From Callorhinchus milii (taxonomy: Eukaryota): a stretch of 64,000 nucleotides of DNA. This document shows positions 12,651 through 24,000 of this stretch, piece by piece; the first letter of the stretch is position 1; each line of letters starts with the position of its first letter. The notes beneath the pieces are model-generated. The model was given only the letters and a program-made list of their open reading frames with translations. It was not told where the DNA came from and did no database searches. The DNA lies in contig NW_024704742.1 in assembly GCF_018977255.1 (NCBI RefSeq), forward strand, positions 129,458,001-129,522,000, read 5' to 3'. The translations under genes and the position numbers were made by a program.

Positions 12651-13277
12651 AGCTGAATAAGATCTCGTGGAGTTAATTGACTCATTGCTCATCATACAAT
12701 GTCAAAACAGTGTGACGTAGCAATAAAGGAAAACAGCACGCTGGGCTCAATCAGTTGAGTTCAGATCCCCAGATGTCATACTCTAGCTGTATTCTGGTCA
12801 GGCCACACCTAGAGCACTGCATACACCTACATCAATATAAGAGGCTTGCCCAGGCTCTACAGGCAATGCAGAGGAGAACAGGTGTTTTTTTCTTAATCTC
12901 CCCTTTTATTTTTCTGTTGGCCATTTTGGTATGTTTTGGTTTAATTTGCCATTATAGCTTTATATATGTGTCGTGCAAGCTCTGTATAATGCTTTTTAAG
13001 GATGTCCATTTATGCTTAACCAACTGGTCCCTGAGTAACGCCTCCCACAGGCATTGGTCTGCACACTTCTGAGTCACTGTAATCTGTTGTAATAAATCCT
13101 CAATAGTTCCTCCCAAGACGTTCCCTGATCACATTACAATAGTCATCTTGAAGCAAATAAATCTTCCTTTGTAACTTATTGAACATTGAGCAGTGACAGA
13201 GTATGCTCATCTTTAATATTTTTAACAAACTACAAGGTGATAATAAAAACTTTATGTGAACCACCCCTAGAAAGACC

Positions 13278-13339
13278 TCAATCCATTTGCTCCTTGTACA
13301 GCTGTTCCACAACATGCCTTCTCACTTTCAGAGTTGGGC
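13278..13339 (-). CDS. ACSBG2: ACSBG copy A last coding exon ([20 protein letters not shown])
   Basis: TTGCAG| acceptor; homologous to copy B GPTMKTKRPVVHQLYKNQID; TGA at 13280-13278. Confidence 0.88.
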
Positions 13340-16300
13340 CTGCAAACACAACAATGTAAGTTAGAAGTTTCATCCTTTGAATGGCTGCCAGGATCAGGGA
13401 ATTTTGTCGTCTCTGGGCCAGCCAGTTTTTCCTCCACATCTTTTCCATTCATTTCCCATACTTTTTCTCTATTCAATAATTTATTTTAGCTTGATTTATA
13501 TACATCACTTGTATCATGAATTACACACATCAGCCTAGTAGCATGTTTATCTGGGAGTTAGAAGATTGTGGGTTCAGGTCCTACGTTGGGACATGGAACT
13601 CACTTAATGTAGGTTGACACTCTGATACAGTGCTGGTGGCATTATCAGAAGGCATTGGTTCATTAACACTCACTTTAGCAGACAGACATGACTTTATTTA
13701 ATCCAATTCCCATAAAACAGTATGCCTCCATAATACAGTGGAATATTATCTTAGATAGTGAGCTCAAAGTCCTGATCTGGGGCTCAAACCTACAACACAG
13801 AGACCAGAGTGCTACTATATTAGTGAACCTAAAAATAAAACCAGCACAATTCTTTTGATGTGAGATTTTTGAAACACTGTAATAAATAATCCTTGCATTT
13901 GATGTAGCGTCTTATCATGTTGTCAAGACGTCTCAAACCACTTTGCAGCATATACCATTAAGTGGTGCATCTGTGTATTTTGAGGGCGAAGGTGGCAGTT
14001 GACTTGCGCAGAGCAATGCCCCACAAACAAGCATGGAGTGAGTGACCAATTTTATTTCGGGCAAATGTTGGCCAGGACACCAGGAAAAACACCTTTGCCA
14101 AATAGTGTCATTGGACTTTTAGGATCAATCTGAATCCTAAACTTGAGCAGGAAGCCTAGCAGTTAAGGAGGGACCTGAGTCAGGTGGAACAGAGTGAGAA
14201 TTCTGTTAAGGAATTTGGTAAGAGTGGGAATTCTTCAGCAAGAGAGATACCAGACAGCAAGAGAGAACGCTTTCATTCAGCAGACGAGTGGGAAATCTTT
14301 AGGTAGAAACAACCTTACATGTAAGCAGGCAAACACGTCAATTAGCAGTTAATAGGCCAGATGTTGAGGATTAATAAATTTGCAGACCAGTCGAAACTGC
14401 GTGCTGTTGTTTGAGTCCTATGTAAAGGGGAAGATTTGTGAGAGCCTCACTTGAGCCGAGAGCCCAGCAGTGTGGGGAGGGCACTGAGTGAGGTGCAACG
14501 GATTGAGAATTCTGTGAAGGAATTTGGTGAGAGTGGGAATTTGGTGCAGAGGAGGAAGGAGGTGTGTTTGTATAGAAAAGAGTTGACAGGAATAAGACTT
14601 GTATGCAGCTGTTTGTGGGTAGAGAGCCTCACCAGAGACCACTGGAATGCAAGGTTATGAAAACATACTGATTAAGGAAGAAAAGGGAGAGCGAACAAAG
14701 CAACTACTTAAGGAGGAAAAGTAGTCTCAGCAGGGCACATAGGTTAGTGGAAAAGTACCATCACAAGTACACCAATTAGCTGGGTATGAATACAACAGAC
14801 ACACAAAGAAAAAGTTGAGTTCTACAGAGTAAGAACTATAGGTTGCTGAGCTGAGAGCTGGTCATCAGGCCAGACTGCTTATCTGGTAGTATATTTCTGT
14901 TACTTTGTTGAATAAACTGTCTTGATTGTACAACTCTGTGTTCAGACCTTTATTGGTTAATGGCGAGGATCCAATTATGGTAAAGCGAACCTAACAGGTG
15001 CAGGTAAGAATCTCCTTGTAAAGGTCTCCTTGTAAAGGAGAAACAGAACCAGTGAGAGTGCTCACTGTGGGAGCTTTTTGGGGGCCTGTGGGAGATGGGA
15101 GAGTGAAGTCAGGTGCTTCAGTTGGTGTAGACATAGAGGCATCTCGACCAATGATAACATTCCTGAGGAAGTAGTGTTAAGTATTAAGGAGTTTGAGCGA
15201 AAGGTGTCAAAAGGTATAAAAATTACTTGTTTACCTATTTACCCTGAAATTGTTAACGGTAAAATAGATTAAGGGGAAAATAACTAAAAAAGGCAAAGGT
15301 AAAACCTTGTAAATTTAAAAAATATATATAAATAATCCTAAACATTAAGTGGAGTAGAAGCTAGAAAGGGATAATGGCAACACAGATAGTGTGTCACAGC
15401 TGCAGTATGTGGGAATTTGTGGACAGTAAGACTGACCCTGATGGTCCCATCTGTGAGAGGTGCACGTATCTTGAGTCACTCAGGGTTTTTGACCTGGAGT
15501 GCACGTTAGAGATACTCTGACCCATAAGGGAGGGGAGGAATATTTGGACAGTTTACTTCAGAACCAAGCCATACCACATAGAGAGGTTCAGGAATAGGAG
15601 TGTGAGATTAATTGCCAGCAGGGTAGCATTTACTTAGTAGAGGCAGAGAAGGAGAAACTGGTTCTGTCCATCAGGTACAATGTACTTGATACAACAACTT
15701 GGATTTATATAGCGCCCTCTACGCTGGACGGCGTCTCAGAGCGCTTTACAGTTTCTCAGAGCGCTTTACGGACCGAGCCGGGGGGAGGGAAGGGAAGGTG
15801 ACCAAAGGCGCAGTCGAAAAGAAAGGTCTTCAGCAGAGACCTGAAAATGGGAAGGGAGGGAGCGAGACAATGGGAGTGAGGAAGGCAATTCCAAAGCCTC
15901 GGGGCATAGTGGTTGAAGGCACGGCCGCCGAAGGTGGAGCGGAGGACTCGGGGGTTGAGGAGGAGGCCAGACCCAGAGAAACGAAGGCAACGGGTGCTGT
16001 TTTGAGGAGAGAGGAGGTCAGAGAGGTAGGGGGGTGCACAGACTTGCTACATTGGATGAGGGGAAGGAGACCTGAATGCAAACCAAAGTACCATAGAGCA
16101 GAAGGCAGTGCAAAAAGGAAAGGAGCAGAATAGAAATGTTGTAGTTATAGGGGATGAAATAACTAAGGGATCCTCTGCAGTCGAGTTTGAGAGTCCAGGA
16201 GGATGTGTTGTCTTCCTGGTGCCAGGGTAAGGGATATTTCAAAGCAACTGGAAAGGAACTTGGAAATGGAGGGGAAAGAACCAGTTGTCGTTATCCATGC

Positions 16301-17971
16301 TATTACACCAGTAAAAAGGAAAGATTTCGGTAAGGGCGATCAGGTCGTGGAAACACTGTGGGTAGAATTAAGGAACAGCAAAGGAGGTAAGACTCTCTTA
16401 GGAGTAGTCTACAGATCTCCAGAGAGTTGTGATTAGTGGGGAAATGTATAAATACAGAGATCAGGGAAGCATGAAGCAAAAGCAATGTAGTTATAATGGG
16501 AGATTTTAATTTTCACTTAGACTGGGAGAAGGACACCTCAGGCAACAAATTTCTAGAATGTATTCAGGATAGTATTTTGGAACAATATGTTTTAGAACCA
16601 ACAAGGGAACAAGCCATCACAGGATTTGGTGATGAGTAATGAGCCAGAACTAGTTAACAATCTGACAGTAAGGGAACATCTTGCAAATAGTGATCATAAT
16701 ATGATTGAATTTACATTGAATTTGAGAGGGAAAAGGGAGAATCCCAAACCAAGGTTTTGAATTTAAGTAAGGCAAACTTTGATGGGATGAGAAATATGTT
16801 GACCACAGTAAACTGAGCTGAATTGTCAGTGGGTAAACCTGCAGATGAACAATGGGAAGTTTTCAAAAAAGGATTTGATACAATACAGAACAAGTATTGT
16901 ACCCCCAGAATGCAAAAGCTCCAATTGTGTAGTTAAGCAACCATGGCGGACAAAAGAGGTTAGAGACTGTATCAAGCTAAAAGAAAAGGCTTATTCAAAT
17001 GCAAGAAAAGGTGGAAATGCATAGGACTGGGAGAACTACAAAAGGCCACAAGGGATACAAAGAAAATAATAAGAGCAACAAAAAGGAAGTATGAAAAAGA
17101 ACTTGCTTGGGATATTAAAACCAATCGTAAAAGCTTTTATAAATATATTTTAAAAGAAAGAGAATGTCAAGGGGAATGTGGGTCCGTTAAAGACTGATGT
17201 AGGAGAGACTATAACAGAAAATAAGGAAATAGCTGACTTGTTAAATAAATACCTGGCTACTGTATTTACAGTAGAGGGTGAGGACAAAATACCAGACATA
17301 CAGAGGAACCTAAAAATAAGTCAAAGAGAAATACTTAATAAAATTAATATAAATTAAAAAATGGTAATGAAGAAAATAATGAGACTCAAGATAAACAAAT
17401 CTGCAGGATCTGATAGTTTCCACCCTACGGTGTTAAGGGAAATAGGAGAGGATGCATTCGTCATAATTTTCCAAAGCTCACTAGATTCGGGAATTGTGCC
17501 CTTAGATTGGAGAATTGTGGATGTCGCCCATTATTTAAGAAGGGAGGGAGGGAGAAACCAGGAAGCTACAGACCTGTCAGCTTAATGTCAGTTGTAGGGA
17601 AAATACTGGAATCCATCATCAGGGACCGAGTGACTGAACACTTGGACCGGTATGAGCTATCAAAGAGAATTGGCATGGGTTTGTGAAGGGTAGGTGGTGT
17701 CTGACTAATCTAGTTGAATGTTTTGAGGAGGTCACTAAAATAGTGGATAAAAGAGTGTCTATGGATGTCGTTTATATGGGCTTTCCAAAGGCTTTTGATA
17801 AGGTTCCACACAAAAGATTATTAGCGAAAATAGAAGCGCATGGAGTCGGAGGTAACCTTGTGACGTGGCTTGGTAATTCGTTGGGAGGCAGGAAACAAAG
17901 AGTAGGGATAAAGAGAATGTTCTCCGATTGTCAGGACATGACTAGGGGTCTGTACTGGGACCCAGCTATTC

Positions 17972-18002
<31 letters not shown>

Positions 18003-21000
18003 CTTGGATGAAGGAATTGAAAGTCTTATATCCAAGTTTGTAGACAACACTAAGCTAGGAGGCTCAGTAACTTGTGTAGATGGGAGTAGGAAGTTACAAA
18101 AGGACTTAGACAGATTAAGTTAGTGGGCAAAGCTGTGGTAGATGGAGTTCAATGTAGGGAAGTGCGAGATCATCCACTATAGACTGAAAAAAGATAAAGC
18201 AGCATATTTTCTTAATGGGAAGAAATTAAGAACTCTGGAGGAGCAAAGAGATTTGGGTGTCCATATTCACAAATCACTACTTCCCTGGTGCAACAAGTAA
18301 TCAAAAAAGTGGATGGAATGTTGGCTTTTAACTCAAGGAGCCTGGAATACAAAGGGGAAGACATGACGCTTCAGCTGTATAGAGCGTTAGTCAGACCCCA
18401 TCTGGACTATTGCATTCAGTTTTGGGCACCACACCTCAGGAAAGATATATTGGCCCTGGAGAAGGTGCAGCACAGGTTCACTAGAATGTTACCAGGCCTA
18501 AAAGGGTTAAGTTACAAAGAAAGGCCGCATAAACTTAGACCATAAGACGTAAGAGCAGGAGTAGGCCATTTGGCCCCTCGAGCCTGCCCTGCCAACTTGG
18601 ATTGTATTCCCTTGAGTTTAGAAGATTGAGGGGTAATTTGATTGAGGTACTTAAGATGATAAAGGGATTTGATAGGGTAGATACAGATAAGCTATTTCTC
18701 TGGTGGGGAATCCAAAACAAGGGGACATAGTCTTAAAATTAGAACCAGGCCATTTAAGAGTGAAATCAGGAAACATTTTTTCACTCAAAGGGTGGTAGAA
18801 ATCTGGAATTCTCTCCCCCAAAAGGCCATGGATGCTGGATCCATCCACACCTTCAAGAGTGAGGTTGATAGATTTTTGGTAGGTCAGGGTATCAAAGGAT
18901 ATGGGGAGAAAGTAGGAAATTGGAATTGAAAGGATTAGTTGAGGTCAGCCATGAGCTAATTAAATGGCGGAACAGGCTCGAAGGGCTGAATGGCCTATTC
19001 CTGTGTTCCTATGAACCTGACAAATGGGGCCTTGAATTAACATCTCTGACAATGAAACACACGGCCAGCACTGCAATGGGGTATCAGTTTGGACTAAAAG
19101 GGAAATTTATACACGTGGGGAATTATTATCTGGTTTAGATATTTGTCAATGGTTTTTTATGTTTCAGACACCTGGCTGACCCAATTTTTTAAAAAAAATC
19201 TAACAAATCAAAACATAAAAATACCTTACCTAATTCTCCTCCGTAAATTGAGAAATCTCTCTTCAATATGATGAATGTGTTCATTTTGGGAATGTTTGAG
19301 TTGGTCTTTTTGTTCACATTCTCAATGCCCTTTGTTATGGCATTGTAAATTGCAGGGTCTTTTTGGAATAAAATGTTAGACACAGTCGTGGCTTTACTCC
19401 CAATCCGTCGGCAATAGGCAATGGTTTCTCGGGTCAATACGTCAGATGGTTCACCAGTGTTTTCATTGACCTCACACTGGAAGAAAAGCAGTATTAATAA
19501 GGTCTCCAAACAAACATAGCAATAATTCTTACATTTAGTATGAATGCCTTTCATTTCAGGAGGATTTCCCAAAGCGCTTCACAAGATAGACTGTAAAGTT
19601 CAGGGACTGTATATGTTGCGGATGAACCAGCAGCCAGTCTGTGCACAGGAATGTCCCACAAACAGCCATGAAGCGAATGACCAATTTTATTTGGGGGATT
19701 ATTGGCCGAGACACTGGGAGAAACCCCCCTTTTTGAACAGTGCCATGGATTCTTTATCGTCCATCTGAACAGATAGAAAGGGCATGGGTTTAATGGCTCA
19801 TCAAAGGACGGCATCTCTGACAATGCAGTGCACCCCCCATTGCTGCCAAAAAAAAGTGTGAACTAAGCACTGAATATCTGAATGTTGAAATGATGGGGCC
19901 AAGGTGAAAGCTAAGCGTTACACATTCTCACATTATATTTTATACAGGCGCTTACCTTCAGTGTCAGAAGTATAATGAGATCATTCGCAATGGCAATGAG
20001 TACTGCATGTCTGACGATTGTTAACTCATTTTTAATAGCATCCTCAATGGGTAAGGGGTTAATGTGCATTCCATTTCCCAGGATGACAAATTCTAGAGCA
20101 AAACAGTTTTTAACGATCAATTAGATTTTTGGTATTAACAACAGGAATGGTCCATTGCACCAAGAGTATAGAGTCAAGTGTGGAAGTAAAGTATCAAATG
20201 TTAAAATACGATTGCATTTTATAAAATGTGACAATAGGGAATCACTCGTTCGGTCTAATACTTTTTTTGGTCAGCCGGGTGTTTGACACATGCGGAATCC
20301 CATTACCGTGCTTAAGAGCACCCAAACCAAACACAGTTCCATGCATCCCACCTAGACATAGAAATTCTTGTGTATTTTAAGCGATCTGAGATGCACAAAT
20401 TGAGTTCTCAAGCCTTGGCTCTTGTGAACGTGTGCCTAATACTCTCTGCAATTAAGTAAGCAGGATGTGTTTTGGGAAAGAGTGCACATTCCATTCCGAT
20501 TCACAGGAATTTCCATGTATAGGTGGGATGCATGTAACTCTCAATTTGGCTTGGATGCTCTTAAGCATGGCGATGAGTTTCCGAATGGGTCAGACAACCG
20601 GCTGACTGACCCCAAAAATTTAATATAGTAGTGTGTTCATTTTATATATCAAAAAGACTCTTTCCTACCTCAATGCATTTATTTAGTTTAAAAAGCAAGG
20701 AAACTGGAATATGACATTACCTTTTATTTTGCCAGTTAGAAACAGGAAATCATCGTTACTGAGGTATCCCAAGTCTCCAGTGTGCATCCAGCCTTCCGCA
20801 TCTATAGTCTGCTCAGTCTGTTCTGGCATATTCAGGTATCCCATGAAAATATTCCTTCCCCATAAACAGATTTCTCCATCCAACTTCTCATCCGTTTTGT
20901 AAATTTTTATCTTGCAACCCTCCATCACCTTGCCACAGCTTGGAACAAATTATAAACATAAGAGTTTGGTGGGGAAAACAATAATAATAATAATTCGTGT

Positions 21001-24000
21001 GGAGTGACTGTGCATTTTGTGGGCGAAATTGAAGCTGGGTGAATAACACAATTTATGGAAAGTCCTTCGGGTTTATTTTATCACCAAGTGAAAGGCTTGT
21101 CTTATCTGTGTAGTTAATAAGTGACTATTGTTATTAGTTAATAACCATTTTATTATTATTAGTTAATAATTGACACTTGACTCCACCACCACTGTTTGGC
21201 ACAAACCTTAAAGGCTGGCACTGATGTGAGATTGAAGTTGTGTGTGGACCAGTGCTCTCACTCAAGCCATAAATTGGCATAATGAAGATGCAGAGGCTAT
21301 GGAAGAAATCCAGAGTACGTTTAGAAATGGGTGCCGCTCCAACAAAATTCCTTGTACATTTATCCAAACCCATTTCTTCATGAACCTTCTTAAACACCAG
21401 AGCATTCGCCACGTTGTAGCAAAGGGGCACTGATGCCTTCCTGAGACAGAAGAAATAAAAGTGAAACACTTTGGCCTCCAGTAAGTAATAAAACAATGAG
21501 TAATTTGATTTGATTCCCTACAAATAGCACATTCTTGCTGTCCATCCAGTCATTTTTTGTTTGAGGTGGGAAAGGTGGGCAATATATATATATATATATA
21601 CACATATTTTGTGAAGCTCTTTGAGACATCTCAATGACATGATAAGGCTCTATATCAAATGCAAGGATTATTATAAAAACAAAAGTCGTTGTGAACATGC
21701 AGCAGGTCAGGAAGCCTCTATGGAGAGAAGAAAATGAGTTAGCGTTTCAGGTCAATGACCTTTTGTCAGAACTCAAGGACTATTATAGGAGGGGAGAGGC
21801 AAAAGAACAACAACAAGATTACATTTGTATAGCGCCTTTCACGTCAGGAGGACATCCCCAGGCACTGGACAGTGTACAGCATTTCAGACCCGAGCTGGGG
21901 TCAGGGAGGGAGAAGGGAGGGGAAGGGGTGTGGCTGATGGCATGGTCGAAGAGGAGAGTCTTGAGGCGGGACTTAAAGGAAGGTAAGTAGGGGACGAGGC
22001 AGAGTGATTGGGGGTTGGAATTCCAGAGTTGGAGGCAGAGTGGCTGAAGGCTCTCCCGCCAACGGTGGGGCTGGTGGGTCGGGGGACATGGAACAGGCCA
22101 GAGCTGGTTGAGCGGAGGGATCAGGCGGGTTGATAGGGGGTTAAGAGGTCGCAGAGGTAGGGTGGGGCGAGATCATGGAGGGTTTTGTAGGTGAGGACCA
22201 GGATCTTGAACTGGATCCTCTGAAAGATAGGGAGCCAGTGGAGTCAGGTGAGAATGGGGGAGATGGGGTCACGGAGTTTGGTGCGGGAGAGGACATGGGC
22301 TGCCGAGTTCTGGATTATCTGCAGCCTGTGGAGGGAGGAGTTGGGAAGGCCAAAAAGCAAGGTGTTTGCATAGTCGAGCCTGGAGGTGATGAAGGCATGA
22401 ACAAGAGTTTCAGCGGCCTGAGGGGTGAGGTAGTGGCGGAGTTGGGTGATGTTATGGAGGTGAGGGAAGGCAGAGCGGGTCATGGCTCAGATGTGGGAAA
22501 GAAAAGACAGTTGAGGGTTGAACAAGACACCTGGGTTCCTGACTGGCTTGGTGAGTTGTAGTGTACAACCATGGAGGTTGATGCTGCCAGAGCCTGAGGT
22601 GCTGAGGCGCTGGCGTGAGCCAATCCGGAGGGCCTCAGTCTTGTTCACATTTAACTGTAGGAAGTTTGCCCTCATCCAGGACTTGATGTCCGACAGGCAG
22701 TCTGTCAGGACAGCAGTGGTCCTGGAGTTGAGGGTGGAGGCAGAAAGATAGAGTTGGGTGTCATCCACATACATATGGAAGTTGACCCCATGTCTGCGGA
22801 TGACGTGACCAAGAGGGGAGCATATAGATATTAAAGAGGAGAGGGCCAAGAACAGAACCCTGGGGGACGCCAGACGTGACAGTCCGGGGGCTGGAGGAGA
22901 AACCGTTAGAGGCAACAAAGTGGAGATGGTGAGAGGGATAGGAATCGAACCAGGCAAGGGCAGGTTCGTGAAGATTAAGTAAAGAGGAGAGGTGGTGTAT
23001 GAGGATGGAGTGGTCAACAGTGTCGAAGGCGGCAGAGAGGTCGAGCAGGACAAGGAGGCAGAGGGAGCCCTGATCACAGATATCATCAGTGACTTTGACC
23101 AGGGCTGTTTCCGTGCTATGGGCAGCGTGGAAGCCAGATTGGAGGGGTTTAAAGAGGGAATGGCAAGAAAGAAAGGAGCGGAGCTGGGATGCGACGACTC
23201 GTTCCAGGACCTTGGAGAGGAATGGGAGGTTAGAGATGGGGCGGTAGCTGGAGAGAAGGGATGGATCCAGGGAAGGTTTTTTTCAAGATGGGGTTGATGA
23301 TGGCTGTTTTTAGGGGGGTGGGAACTGAACCGGTGGACAAGAAGAGATTGATAACGTCCTCTCAAGGGAAATGTAACAATCCTTGCATTTGATACAGTGC
23401 TTTATTACTTCATCAAGATGTCCCAAAGCACTTCACAGGATTTACTGTTAAGTGATGTGACTGGGTATTTTGTGGGCAAATCAGGGGTCTAAAAGGCCCC
23501 AGTTATGATTGACGCCTTTACCTCGTGGCTGTGCCTCTCTTCCTGTCGGTCTCTGCTATGAGGCTGTTTAGGGCGGCTCCCCCCCACCCACCCCGATCAC
23601 TTAATCTGGCCTTGTTCCCCTAAATGCTGGGAAGGACTCATTTAGCCTCCCTTGGCAACTCTGACTGGACCCGCAAACGTAGCCACAACAACAACACAGG
23701 CCGAGATTCAAACCAACAAGCTCCCTCTGCAGCTCTTTCCAGTTCACCACCGAGCCTGTCTCCTCATATATAATAATAATAACAATAATATAATAATCCT
23801 TGCATTTGATATAGCACCTTATGTTGTTGAGATGTCTCAAAGCATCACAAAATATACTGTAAATGGAATTAGCTGTATATTTTATGGGAGAAACACGGCA
23901 GCAAATTGCATACAGCAGTGTCCCACAAACAGTTATGGATTGAGTGACCGGATTTTTTTGGTTTGTTTTCTAAGGGATTATGCCTCTCCGGAAAGCAATC

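Larger units (their letters stand above)
10843..12972. repeat. 140-bp near-identical inverted repeat pair (10843-10982 and 12831-12972)
   Basis: The reverse complement of the left arm matches the right arm with 3 substitutions and one 2-nt indel. Confidence 0.93.
14150..19012 (+). mobile_element. Decayed near full-length CR1 LINE in the last intron of ACSBG copy A
   Basis: 5'UTR motif GGAATTTGGTGAGAGTGGGAATT; ORF1 start [14 protein letters not shown] at ~15374; esterase [13 protein letters not shown]2 APE/RT remnants ([17 protein letters not shown]); many stops and frameshifts. Confidence 0.9.

Noticed and set aside
13100..13315. Possible frameshifted longer C-terminus of ACSBG copy A ([10 protein letters not shown]...)
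   Set aside because: In-frame KEQMD aligns with copy B KNQID, so the protein is simply 5 residues shorter. No frameshift is needed, and this alone is not evidence of a pseudogene.
15011..15041. TCTCCTTGTAAAGG tandem duplication, and (AT)n at ~17975-18002
   Set aside because: Simple slippage repeats inside a decayed CR1.
22487..23365. 292-aa ORF and other 100-230 aa ORFs at 4.2-5.3, 11.9-12.6 and 41.6-44.0 kb
   Set aside because: Frameshifted or antisense frames of L2 LINE remnants, not host genes.
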